From positions 1 through 54,239 of the IMG/VR virus record IMGVR_UViG_3300019937_000001: a stretch of DNA of 54,239 nucleotides; one strand, written 5' to 3'. Both the position numbers and the translations under genes were made by a program. This DNA comes from a virus (taxonomy: Duplodnaviria > Caudoviricetes). The notes beneath the pieces are model-generated. The model did no database searches and was not told where the DNA came from. It saw only the letters and a program-made list of their open reading frames with translations. Below are positions 46,913 to 54,239 of this stretch, in pieces (position 1 is the first letter of the stretch; every line of letters begins with the position of its first letter).

Positions 46913-47395
46913 ATGGCGTATATCTATAAAGCAACCAATAAATTTAATGGAAAGTTTTATATTGGACAAACTTCATATGATAAGTTGAGTAAAAGAGTTG
47001 CATCTCACATATATTATGCACGAAATTCAAACTCAAACTTACCGTTTCCAAATGCATTGAGAAAATATGGAAAAAATGGATTTGATTGGGAAATAATAGA
47101 AGAGTGTAAAAAAGATGAAAGGGGTAAAAGAGAGATATATTGGATAGATAAACTAAATCCAGATTATAATGTGACGCTAGGAGGTGATGGTGGTACTCTG
47201 GGTCGTCCCTGCCCAGAACATGTTAAAGAGGCAACAAGAAAGTCAAGAATAATAGCAGTAAGAGATAGAACTACAGGAAAAGAATACGCTTCAATGAAAG
47301 AGGCAAGAAAAGATACGGGAGTAATGGAAAGTAGTATAAGCAGGTCTATAAAGAACAATGGACCAAAATGTAGATGGGAAAATATAAATATTTAA
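46913..47395 (+). CDS. Free-standing GIY-YIG (Seg-like) homing endonuclease with a NUMOD1-like C-terminus
   Basis: YIYKATNKFNGKFYIGQT (GIY-YIG), ALRKYG..F, REIYWI, YNVTLGGDG and C-terminal TGKEYASMKEARKDTG..SSISRSI. Start reassigned to ATG 46913 because the track start reads through the terminator. Confidence 0.88.
   Translation: MAYIYKATNKFNGKFYIGQTSYDKLSKRVASHIYYARNSNSNLPFPNALRKYGKNGFDWEIIEECKKDERGKREIYWIDKLNPDYNVTLGGDGGTLGRPCPEHVKEATRKSRIIAVRDRTTGKEYASMKEARKDTGVMESSISRSIKNNGPKCRWENINI
47383..47390 (+). promoter_or_regulatory. Late promoter TATAAATA for g3, within the last codons of the endonuclease
   Basis: Exact consensus, 10 nt before ATG 47401. Confidence 0.65.
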
Positions 47396-47400
47396 AAAAA

Positions 47401-47967
47401 ATGGCAAATTTAGGTAATGCTCTGAGTAATCAAATAACAAATAGAAACTTCTTATCTACCGGAGGTTTTAAATTTGTTTTGAATAGAGTACCAAAAGTTA
47501 CTTTTTTCTCCAATGAGGCAGGAATTCCAGGAATTACATTAGGAACTTCCAATCAACCTTCATATCTAAAAGACTTAGATATTCCAGGAGACAAAATAGA
47601 ATTTGATGATTTTAGATTGAGATTTTTGGTTGATGAGAATTTGGAAAACTATATGCAAATTCAAAAATGGATTCGTGGATTAGGATATCCAGAATCATTA
47701 AAAGAAATATTTGATTTGCAAAATGAACCACCAACTATTGACAATCGAAACTCAAAGATGATGAACATCTATTCAGATGGATCACTTGTAGTTTTAAACA
47801 GCAATTATAGTCCACAATTTAAAATCATCTTTGAAGATATGTTTCCTTATGCATTGAGTTCTTTGGATTTTAATGCTCAAGAAACAGACACAGAATACTT
47901 TACAGCAGAAGTATCTTTCAAGTATACTGTATACTATATAACTGATATGAAAGGAAATAGACTATGA
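47401..47967 (+). CDS. g3: Tail completion / tube terminator gp3
   Basis: NRNFLSTGGFKF, IPGDKIEFDDFRLRFLVDENLENYM, FPYALSSLDF and YFTAEVSFKY; start reassigned to ATG 47401. Confidence 0.88.
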   Translation: MANLGNALSNQITNRNFLSTGGFKFVLNRVPKVTFFSNEAGIPGITLGTSNQPSYLKDLDIPGDKIEFDDFRLRFLVDENLENYMQIQKWIRGLGYPESLKEIFDLQNEPPTIDNRNSKMMNIYSDGSLVVLNSNYSPQFKIIFEDMFPYALSSLDFNAQETDTEYFTAEVSFKYTVYYITDMKGNRL

Positions 47968-48401
47968 CAATTGATTTGGAATCTTTGCAGGAAATGTGGG
48001 AAAGAGATTCTAAAATAGATATTGACAATCTACATTTAGAGTCTCTGAAAATTCCCATTCTTCATGCAAAATATCATGATCTTTATAACAAAACTTTTCT
48101 TTTACGAAAAAAATCAGAGCAAACAAGAAAGGAAATAAATTTAGATAGGTATAAGTATTACACGGGAAAATCCCCCGCAGAAGTATATGCAGAGGATCCA
48201 TTTCCATATAAGATTAGAGATAAAGAAACGATACAAAAATATATTGAAGGAGATAATTCCATTTCCAGTATATCAATGAAGATAGAATATTATAATGTCA
48301 TATTGCAATATCTTGAAGGAATCATAAAAATGATTGAGAATAGGAGTTATCAGATTAAGAATTCCTTGGAATATATGAGATTCCAGTCTGGATTGGGATG
48401 A
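47964..48401 (+). CDS. uvsY: Recombination mediator UvsY
   Basis: MWERDSKID..LHLESLKIPILHAKY, YYTGK and RSYQIKN; lies upstream of uvsW. Confidence 0.9.
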   Translation: MTIDLESLQEMWERDSKIDIDNLHLESLKIPILHAKYHDLYNKTFLLRKKSEQTRKEINLDRYKYYTGKSPAEVYAEDPFPYKIRDKETIQKYIEGDNSISSISMKIEYYNVILQYLEGIIKMIENRSYQIKNSLEYMRFQSGLG

Positions 48402-48428
48402 TATATAGTTGTAGCAGCATGAACCAAT

Positions 48429-49886
48429 GTGACTGATATTAAAATTCATAAGAAGAATGAGGTTTACATCAAGTTAGAATGTGAACCTCATATTTTGTAT
48501 GAACTGCAAGAGTATTTTACTTTTGAGGTTCCTAATGCAAAATTCATGCCTCAGAGAAGAAATAAACATTGGGATGGAACTATTAGACTTTTGTCCGTAC
48601 ATACAGGAGAAATCTATGTTGGTCTCCTAGACAAAGTTATAGAAAAAATTAAACTGCATAATTATACTTACGAATTTGTAAACAATAAGTATTACGGTCT
48701 TCCATTTGAGATTAATGAACATATATCCTTAGAAGGTGTTAAGGATTATATGAATTCCATATGCTCATTTGCACCAAGAAGTTATCAGATTGAGTGTGTA
48801 TATGATGCTCTGAGATATAATAGAAAGTTGCTGATCAGTCCAACTGCATCAGGTAAATCTTTAATGATTTATTCTATTGTCAGATATTTTGAAGCAAAGG
48901 GACTAAGAACTTTGATTGTTGTTCCTACAACAAGTCTTGTAGAACAAATGGTAAATGATTTCAATGATTATGGGTGGGATGCTGATAAGTATTGTTATAA
49001 AATTTACGCAGGAAGAGAAAAGGAAAATAATCATCCAGTCACTGTAACTACATGGCAATCCATTTACAAATTAGATCGTTCATTCTTTGAAAATTATGAT
49101 GTTGTAATTGGTGATGAGGCACACCTTTTTAAAAGTAAGTCATTAATTAATATTATGTCCAAGTTGCATAATACAAAATATCGTTTTGGATTTACTGGAA
49201 CACTTGATGGAACTCAAACACATAAATGGGTTCTTGAGGGATTGTTTGGACCTTCATATAAAGTTACTAGAACATCTGAATTGATGGAGAAAGGTATTAT
49301 ATCAACTCTTGATATTTTTTGTCTATTGTTAAAGCATGGAAGTAAAAAGTTTGAAACCTATGAAGATGAAGTTCAATATTTAATTGGAAATGAAGGAAGA
49401 AATAAATTTATCAAAAATCTTGTTTTAGACCTGAAAGGAAATACTTTGGTTCTTTTTTCGAGAGTAGAAACTCATGGCAAGATTCTATACGACATGATAA
49501 ATAATAATGCAGGAAACAGAAAGGTTTTCTTTATTCATGGTGGAGTTGGTGTTGACGAAAGGGAGAAAGTAAGAGAAATAACTGAAAGAGAAAATAATGC
49601 TGTGATTGTTGCTTCTTATGGAACAATGAGCACAGGTGTAAATATAAGAAATCTACATAATGTAATTTTTTCATCTCCAAGCAAATCTAGGATTAGAAAT
49701 CTGCAAAGTATTGGAAGAGTTCTAAGAAAGTCAAAAAATAAAAATAAGGCAGTCTTATATGATGTAGCAGACGATCTGACATTTAAGTCATTCAAAAATT
49801 ATACCCTCAACCATTTTATAGAAAGAATTAAAACATATAACGAAGAAAATTTTAATTACGAAATAATACCAATCAATTTAAAGTAG
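48429..49886 (+). CDS. uvsW: SF2 helicase UvsW (GTG start)
   Basis: WDGTIRL, SPTASGKS, DEAH, FTGTL, STGVNI and LQSIGRVLR. Confidence 0.96.
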   Translation: MTDIKIHKKNEVYIKLECEPHILYELQEYFTFEVPNAKFMPQRRNKHWDGTIRLLSVHTGEIYVGLLDKVIEKIKLHNYTYEFVNNKYYGLPFEINEHISLEGVKDYMNSICSFAPRSYQIECVYDALRYNRKLLISPTASGKSLMIYSIVRYFEAKGLRTLIVVPTTSLVEQMVNDFNDYGWDADKYCYKIYAGREKENNHPVTVTTWQSIYKLDRSFFENYDVVIGDEAHLFKSKSLINIMSKLHNTKYRFGFTGTLDGTQTHKWVLEGLFGPSYKVTRTSELMEKGIISTLDIFCLLLKHGSKKFETYEDEVQYLIGNEGRNKFIKNLVLDLKGNTLVLFSRVETHGKILYDMINNNAGNRKVFFIHGGVGVDEREKVREITERENNAVIVASYGTMSTGVNIRNLHNVIFSSPSKSRIRNLQSIGRVLRKSKNKNKAVLYDVADDLTFKSFKNYTLNHFIERIKTYNEENFNYEIIPINLK

Positions 49887-49888
49887 TA

Positions 49889-50281
49889 ATGTTAGAAGAA
49901 GAATTTTATGCGACAATAAAATTTAAAAATGGAGAAGAGGTGTTTACTAAGGTAACAGTATGTGATGAAGATAGTATTTTTTTGATACTTCTTCATCCTC
50001 TGATTGTAACTGAAATTAAAGAAAGAAGTAAATCAATTGGATTTAAAGTAGAACCTTGGTTAAAGACAGCAAGTGATGATACATTTATAGTATCTCTTGA
50101 TGACATAATCACAATATCTGAGACTGATAACTTAGAGATGATTATGGCTTACAAGTCTTATGTCAGACAAACAACAAAGACTAAGAATGTAGAATCTAAG
50201 ATCAATCGTAAGATGGGATATATAGGATCTATTAGTGAAGCCAAAGAGATGTTAGAAAAGATCTTTAAAAGTAACTCTTAG
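49889..50281 (+). CDS. Conserved hypothetical protein, possibly Sm-like fold (130 aa)
   Basis: EEFYATIKFKNGEEVF, EPWLK and KMGYIGSISEAKEMLEKIF; lies between uvsW and g55. Confidence 0.8.
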   Translation: MLEEEFYATIKFKNGEEVFTKVTVCDEDSIFLILLHPLIVTEIKERSKSIGFKVEPWLKTASDDTFIVSLDDIITISETDNLEMIMAYKSYVRQTTKTKNVESKINRKMGYIGSISEAKEMLEKIFKSNS

Positions 50282-50322
50282 AATCTTTAAGCTTTAATGT
50301 TCCTATCAAACCTGACAAAGAT

Positions 50323-50351
50323 ATTCTACTGGTAATTTGAATACTTGTCAA
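50323..50351 (-). promoter_or_regulatory. Antisense sigma70-type promoter
   Basis: The minus strand reads TTGACA-agtattcaaattaccag(17 nt)-TAGAAT. Confidence 0.6.
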
Positions 50352-50352
50352 C

Positions 50353-50381
50353 TTGCCAAAAATCAAATAAGGTGGTATTAT
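50353..50381 (+). promoter_or_regulatory. Sigma70-type promoter for g55
   Basis: TTGCCA-17 nt-TATTAT with an extended -10 TG at 50373-50374. Confidence 0.7.
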
Positions 50382-50405
50382 GTTTATACGATGATAGATA
50401 TATAA

Positions 50406-50942
50406 ATGATTACTACGCACGTAATGACAAAAAGAAAAAGATCTATTCACTACGTGAATAATAAAGAATTTCTTTCCGCTTTAATCGACTACCGTAATGA
50501 TGTTGAGGTGAGTTATATAAAGAAGTATGGAAGAGAACCCACTAAGGATGACAGAGGAACTAGATGGGACACTAAACCACCAATTCCAAATTATATTGGA
50601 GATTGCTTTTTAAAGATTGCAACTCACTTATCATTTAAACCAAACTTTGTAAATTACATGTTTAAGGATGATATGATTTGTGACGGTATTGAGAATTGTG
50701 TTCAGTATATTCATAACTTTAACCCAGAAAAATCTCAGAACCCTTTTGCCTACTTTACTCAAATTATTCACTACGCATTTTTGAGAAGAATCCAAAAGGA
50801 AAAGAAGCAGATTGAGATTAAGAATAAGATTTTGGAAAAGAGTGGTTATAGTGAAGTCTTCGAAGGTAGCATGATTGACGGAGAGAACTATTCCGACTAT
50901 AATCAGATTAAGGATAATGTTCACAGCAAATTGAGAAGTTAA
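50406..50942 (+). CDS. g55: Late transcription sigma factor gp55
   Basis: HYVNNKEFL, YIGDCFLKIATHLS, DMICDGIENC and NPFAYFTQIIHYAFLRRIQKEKKQ. Confidence 0.97.
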   Translation: MITTHVMTKRKRSIHYVNNKEFLSALIDYRNDVEVSYIKKYGREPTKDDRGTRWDTKPPIPNYIGDCFLKIATHLSFKPNFVNYMFKDDMICDGIENCVQYIHNFNPEKSQNPFAYFTQIIHYAFLRRIQKEKKQIEIKNKILEKSGYSEVFEGSMIDGENYSDYNQIKDNVHSKLRS

Positions 50943-51976
50943 TGAAGGTTGCAATCATTACTGATACCCATTGGTGCGCTAGAAAGTCTTCTAAGGTATT
51001 CCAAGATTATTTTGAGTTATTCTATAAAAACGTGTTTTTCCCGACGCTGGAACAGTACGGGATTACCACTGTTATTCATATGGGTGACGCATTTGATTCT
51101 AGGAAATCCATTGATCTTTCTGGTCTAGAATGGACAAAGAGAGTTGTATTAGAACCTCTTTCTAAGTATGATGTAACTTTAATTACTGGGAATCATGACT
51201 GTGCTCTAAAAAATAGCAACAGAATTAACTCCCCAGATCTTTTGCTCAAAGAATATAAAAACATTAAAACTTATAGTGAACCAACAGAAATTAATATTGG
51301 TGGTTTAGATATTTTACTTTTACCCTGGATTAATCAAGAAAATGAGGAAAAAACTTTCAAACTTATTGAAAAGACAACTAGCAAGTGTGCGATGGGGCAC
51401 CTTGAACTCGCAGGATTTAGAGTTAATAAACAAATCGTCATGGAGCATGGTTTGGAAAGCAAACTATTTGCGAAGTTCTCCAAGGTCTTTAGTGGCCACT
51501 ATCACACTCGATCGACTGACGGAAAAGTATTCTACTTAGGGAATCCTTATGAGATGTTCTGGAGTGATGTAATGGATGATAGAGGATTTACAATATTTGA
51601 TACAGAAACACTAGAACATACTCCTATCAACAATCCAAATCGCTTATTTTATAACATTTACTACGACAACAGCAACTACCAAACTTTTGATATGAGAGAG
51701 TATGAAAACAAAGTAGTAAAAGTAATTGTTAGGAAAAAAGATGATCCTGGAAAGTTTGATAAATTTATTGATAAGTTGTATGCATCAAACATTAGCGAAC
51801 TAAAAATTGTTGAGACTTTTGACATTTTAGAATCTAATGATTGTGAGTTGGATGAGTCAGAAGACACTTTGACTATTCTCAATAAATATGTTGACGATTC
51901 AGAAATAAATCTTGATAGAAATAAAATAAAGAATATTCTTAAAGAAATCTATCAGGAGTCTTGCGAAATGGTTTAA
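50942..51976 (+). CDS. g47: Recombination nuclease gp47 (Mre11/SbcD-like)
   Basis: Metallophosphoesterase motifs DTH, GDAFD, GNHD, GHLE and SGHYH. Confidence 0.95.
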   Translation: MKVAIITDTHWCARKSSKVFQDYFELFYKNVFFPTLEQYGITTVIHMGDAFDSRKSIDLSGLEWTKRVVLEPLSKYDVTLITGNHDCALKNSNRINSPDLLLKEYKNIKTYSEPTEINIGGLDILLLPWINQENEEKTFKLIEKTTSKCAMGHLELAGFRVNKQIVMEHGLESKLFAKFSKVFSGHYHTRSTDGKVFYLGNPYEMFWSDVMDDRGFTIFDTETLEHTPINNPNRLFYNIYYDNSNYQTFDMREYENKVVKVIVRKKDDPGKFDKFIDKLYASNISELKIVETFDILESNDCELDESEDTLTILNKYVDDSEINLDRNKIKNILKEIYQESCEMV

Positions 51977-51977
51977 C

Positions 51978-52265
51978 ATGTTTATTTTAACTATCTCTGG
52001 AAGAGAAGATGAAGGGGCATATTCAGTAACTGATGAAGATGGAGATAAAATACTCTACATCTTTGAAGAAGAAGATGATGCAACAAGATTTGCTATTCTT
52101 CTTGAGGAATCTGGATATCCAGAGATACATGTAATAGAAATGGAAGATAATTTGATTTTAAAAACTTGCGAGATGTATGGATATCTTTATACTATAATAA
52201 CCCCAGATGATATTGTAATTCCACCTGAAGATAATGATAACTTTCAAAAAGATTCGTTGGCGTAA
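51978..52265 (+). CDS. DUF3110-like protein (95 aa)
   Basis: EGAYSV...FEEEDDATRFAILLE...C...GY...IPP resembles the cyanobacterial DUF3110 family (recalled). Confidence 0.7.
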   Translation: MFILTISGREDEGAYSVTDEDGDKILYIFEEEDDATRFAILLEESGYPEIHVIEMEDNLILKTCEMYGYLYTIITPDDIVIPPEDNDNFQKDSLA

Positions 52266-53943
52266 TTTTTTAAGTACCGGAAATAGTTTTAATGAAGTAA
52301 ATCTTCAAGGAAGTGGAACTAATCTTATTATTGGAAACAATGGATCTGGTAAATCCACAATTCTTGATGCACTTACATTCTCCCTTTTCGGAAAACCTTT
52401 TAGGAAGATTAATAAACCTCAACTAAAAAACTCAGTAAACGAAAAAGAGTGTGTAGTTGAAGTTGAGTTTACTATTGGAAATACTGAATGGAAAATCATT
52501 AGGGGGATAAAACCCAATGTATTTGAGATTTGGAGAGATGATAAGTTGCTTGACCAGGCAGCAGCATCTTTGGACCAACAAAAGTGGTTGGAGCAAAGTG
52601 TAATCAAAATGAATTTTAAATCATTCACCCAAATTGTTATTTTGGGTAGCAGCACTTTTGTTCCCTTTATGCAATTGTCTGCTGCAAACCGAAGAGAAGT
52701 TATTGAGGATCTTCTTGACATCAAAGTTTTTTCTTCTATGAATTCTATTATTAAAGATAGAATTAAGTTGACAAGAGATGAAATTAAACTTCTTAATTTA
52801 AAGAAAGATTCTTTGGTTGATAAAGTTGAAATGCAAAAGAACTTTATTGAAGAACTTGAAAATCGGGGTAATGCCAATATAAATGCCAATAAAGAAAATA
52901 TTGCCAATCTAGACAAAGAAATTGGCGAATATATTGATGCCAATGTGATTGTAGAGTCTCATTTGGAACAGTACACAAAAGAACAAGAATCTTTGGTTTC
53001 TGTTGGCGATAAGTTGAAAAAACTTAATAACATGAAGGGTAAGATTTCCCAAAAGGTATCGACCATTACACAAGAACATAAGTTTTTTAATGAGAATTCG
53101 GTATGCCCTACATGCACGCAGTCAATTGAAGAAGAGTTCAGAATAAATAGGATTAAGGACGCTCAAAATAAAGCAAAGGAGTTGCAATCTGGTTATAAAG
53201 AACTGGAGGAGGCAATTAAAGAGGAAGAAGAGCGAGAGCGTCAATTCATTGCTCTATCTAAGGAGATTACAAAGTTAACGCATGGCATTTCTCAAAACAA
53301 CATTAAGATTTCTGGGTGTAGAAGACAGATCCAAAATTTGGAATCTGAAATTCAAAGAATTACCGAACAGTTACAAAACAGAAATACTGAACATGAGAAG
53401 TTAAAGTCTTTTAAAGAAAATCTAAAAACTACATACGAAGAATTAGAATCTAAAAAAGAATCAATTAATTACTACGACTTTTCTTATAGTTTACTTAAAG
53501 ACGGTGGAGTCAAATCCAAAATCATTAAGAAGTATCTACCGCTGATAAATCAGCAAGTCAATCGTTATCTACAAATGATGGACTTTTACATTAACTTCAC
53601 ACTTGATGAGGAATTTAACGAAACCGTCCAGTCACCAATTCATGAAGACTTTTCATATGCTTCCTTTAGCGAGGGTGAAAAAATGAGGATCGATCTTGCA
53701 CTCCTTTTCACTTGGCGTGAGGTTGCAAGAATGAAGAACTCGGTAAATACAAATCTCCTTATCATGGATGAGGTGTTTGATAGTTCGCTTGATGGTTTTG
53801 GAACGGATGAGTTTCTAAAAATTATTCGTTATGTAATCAAAGATGCTAATATCTTTGTTATTTCTCACAAGACTGGTTTGGAAGATAAGTTTGAGAATGT
53901 AATTAAATTTGAAAAAGTCAAAGGTTTTTCTAGAATGGGATAA
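52234..53943 (+). CDS. g46: Recombination ATPase gp46 (Rad50/SbcC-like)
   Basis: Walker A GNNGSGKST, zinc hook CPTC within a coiled coil, signature FSEGEK, Walker B IMDEVFD and ISHK. Confidence 0.97.
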   Translation: MITFKKIRWRNFLSTGNSFNEVNLQGSGTNLIIGNNGSGKSTILDALTFSLFGKPFRKINKPQLKNSVNEKECVVEVEFTIGNTEWKIIRGIKPNVFEIWRDDKLLDQAAASLDQQKWLEQSVIKMNFKSFTQIVILGSSTFVPFMQLSAANRREVIEDLLDIKVFSSMNSIIKDRIKLTRDEIKLLNLKKDSLVDKVEMQKNFIEELENRGNANINANKENIANLDKEIGEYIDANVIVESHLEQYTKEQESLVSVGDKLKKLNNMKGKISQKVSTITQEHKFFNENSVCPTCTQSIEEEFRINRIKDAQNKAKELQSGYKELEEAIKEEEERERQFIALSKEITKLTHGISQNNIKISGCRRQIQNLESEIQRITEQLQNRNTEHEKLKSFKENLKTTYEELESKKESINYYDFSYSLLKDGGVKSKIIKKYLPLINQQVNRYLQMMDFYINFTLDEEFNETVQSPIHEDFSYASFSEGEKMRIDLALLFTWREVARMKNSVNTNLLIMDEVFDSSLDGFGTDEFLKIIRYVIKDANIFVISHKTGLEDKFENVIKFEKVKGFSRMG

Positions 53944-53966
53944 ACCAATTTTTAAACTGTCCACTG

Positions 53967-53991
53967 GGAGGTCTTCGGACCTCCTTTTTTT
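53967..53991 (+). terminator. Rho-independent terminator with a cUUCGg tetraloop
   Basis: GGAGGTC-TTCG-GACCTCC followed by T7. Confidence 0.92.
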
Positions 53992-54022
53992 GTAATAATG
54001 GTCTCATACGCAACGGAGACCA

Positions 54023-54239
54023 ATGACCGTCAACCACGAAATCAAATCCCAACTTGCCAAACTGCTTGCCACTGAGGATTTGGTGGTGGAGCACAAGAAG
54101 GTCTCTACGGCGTCTTTTGACGTGCTGAATAGGGTTCTGACCCTTCCTATGTGGGAACGCGCTTCTAGCACCGTATACGACATGCTGGTGGGGCATGAAG
54201 TGGGACATGCACTCTTCACTCCCAGCGATGAATGGGGGT
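54023..54239 (+). CDS. HExxH metallopeptidase-like protein, 3'-truncated; not in the ORF track
   Basis: GGAG RBS at 54015-54018; MTVNHEIKSQLAKLLATEDLVVEHKKVSTASFDVLNRVLTLPMWERASSTVYDMLVGHEVGHALFTP, open to the window end. Confidence 0.85.
   Translation, partial: MTVNHEIKSQLAKLLATEDLVVEHKKVSTASFDVLNRVLTLPMWERASSTVYDMLVGHEVGHALFTPSDEWG

Noticed and set aside
48419-48436. Tiny upstream ORFs (MNQCD*, ATGTGA) overlapping the uvsW GTG start
   Set aside because: Too short to tell from chance, with no clear RBS.
31722-53943. Introns or inteins in g17, g20, g23, uvsW and g46
   Set aside because: The ORFs are continuous, of ordinary length and show no splicing motifs.
53930-54219. Minus-strand ORFs at the window end
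   Set aside because: They are antisense to the HExxH peptidase ORF starting at 54023, which has an RBS and a recognisable motif.
1-54239. tRNA, rRNA, CRISPR array or stop-codon reassignment
   Set aside because: Intergenic gaps are short and show no cloverleaf or repeat-spacer pattern by eye; TAA, TAG and TGA all end conserved genes at expected positions.

Overview
This 54 kb window comes from a T4-like myovirus of the cyanophage-type clade. It is AT-rich, uses the standard genetic code, and essentially all real genes are on the + strand. Gene order: glycosyltransferase-like gene (5'-truncated), small hypotheticals, baseplate genes (g25, g6, a g7-like gene in two ORFs, g8, a VrlC/DUF4815-like gene in two ORFs), g13-g16, putative internal head proteins, g17-g20, then a ~5 kb accessory island, g21-g23, a GIY-YIG endonuclease, g3, uvsY, uvsW, g55, g47, a DUF3110-like gene, g46 and the start of an HExxH peptidase. 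(A)TAAATA late promoters precede many structural genes and often overlap the upstream stop codon. I found no tRNA, rRNA, CRISPR array, intron or intein. The best leads are: (1) the island between g20 and g21, a fibre/lectin module with GC-rich anchor segments, AT-rich variable domains and a degraded cassette remnant; (2) a putative gp21-processed polyprotein next to a paralog carrying a capsid-targeting-like N-terminus; (3) a riboswitch-like RNA fold at ~1528-1583; (4) a near-consensus antisense sigma70 promoter back-to-back with the g55 promoter; (5) a short G-[IV]-[GAS]-T motif spread across the virion proteins. All family assignments are by motif recognition and synteny; no searches were run.
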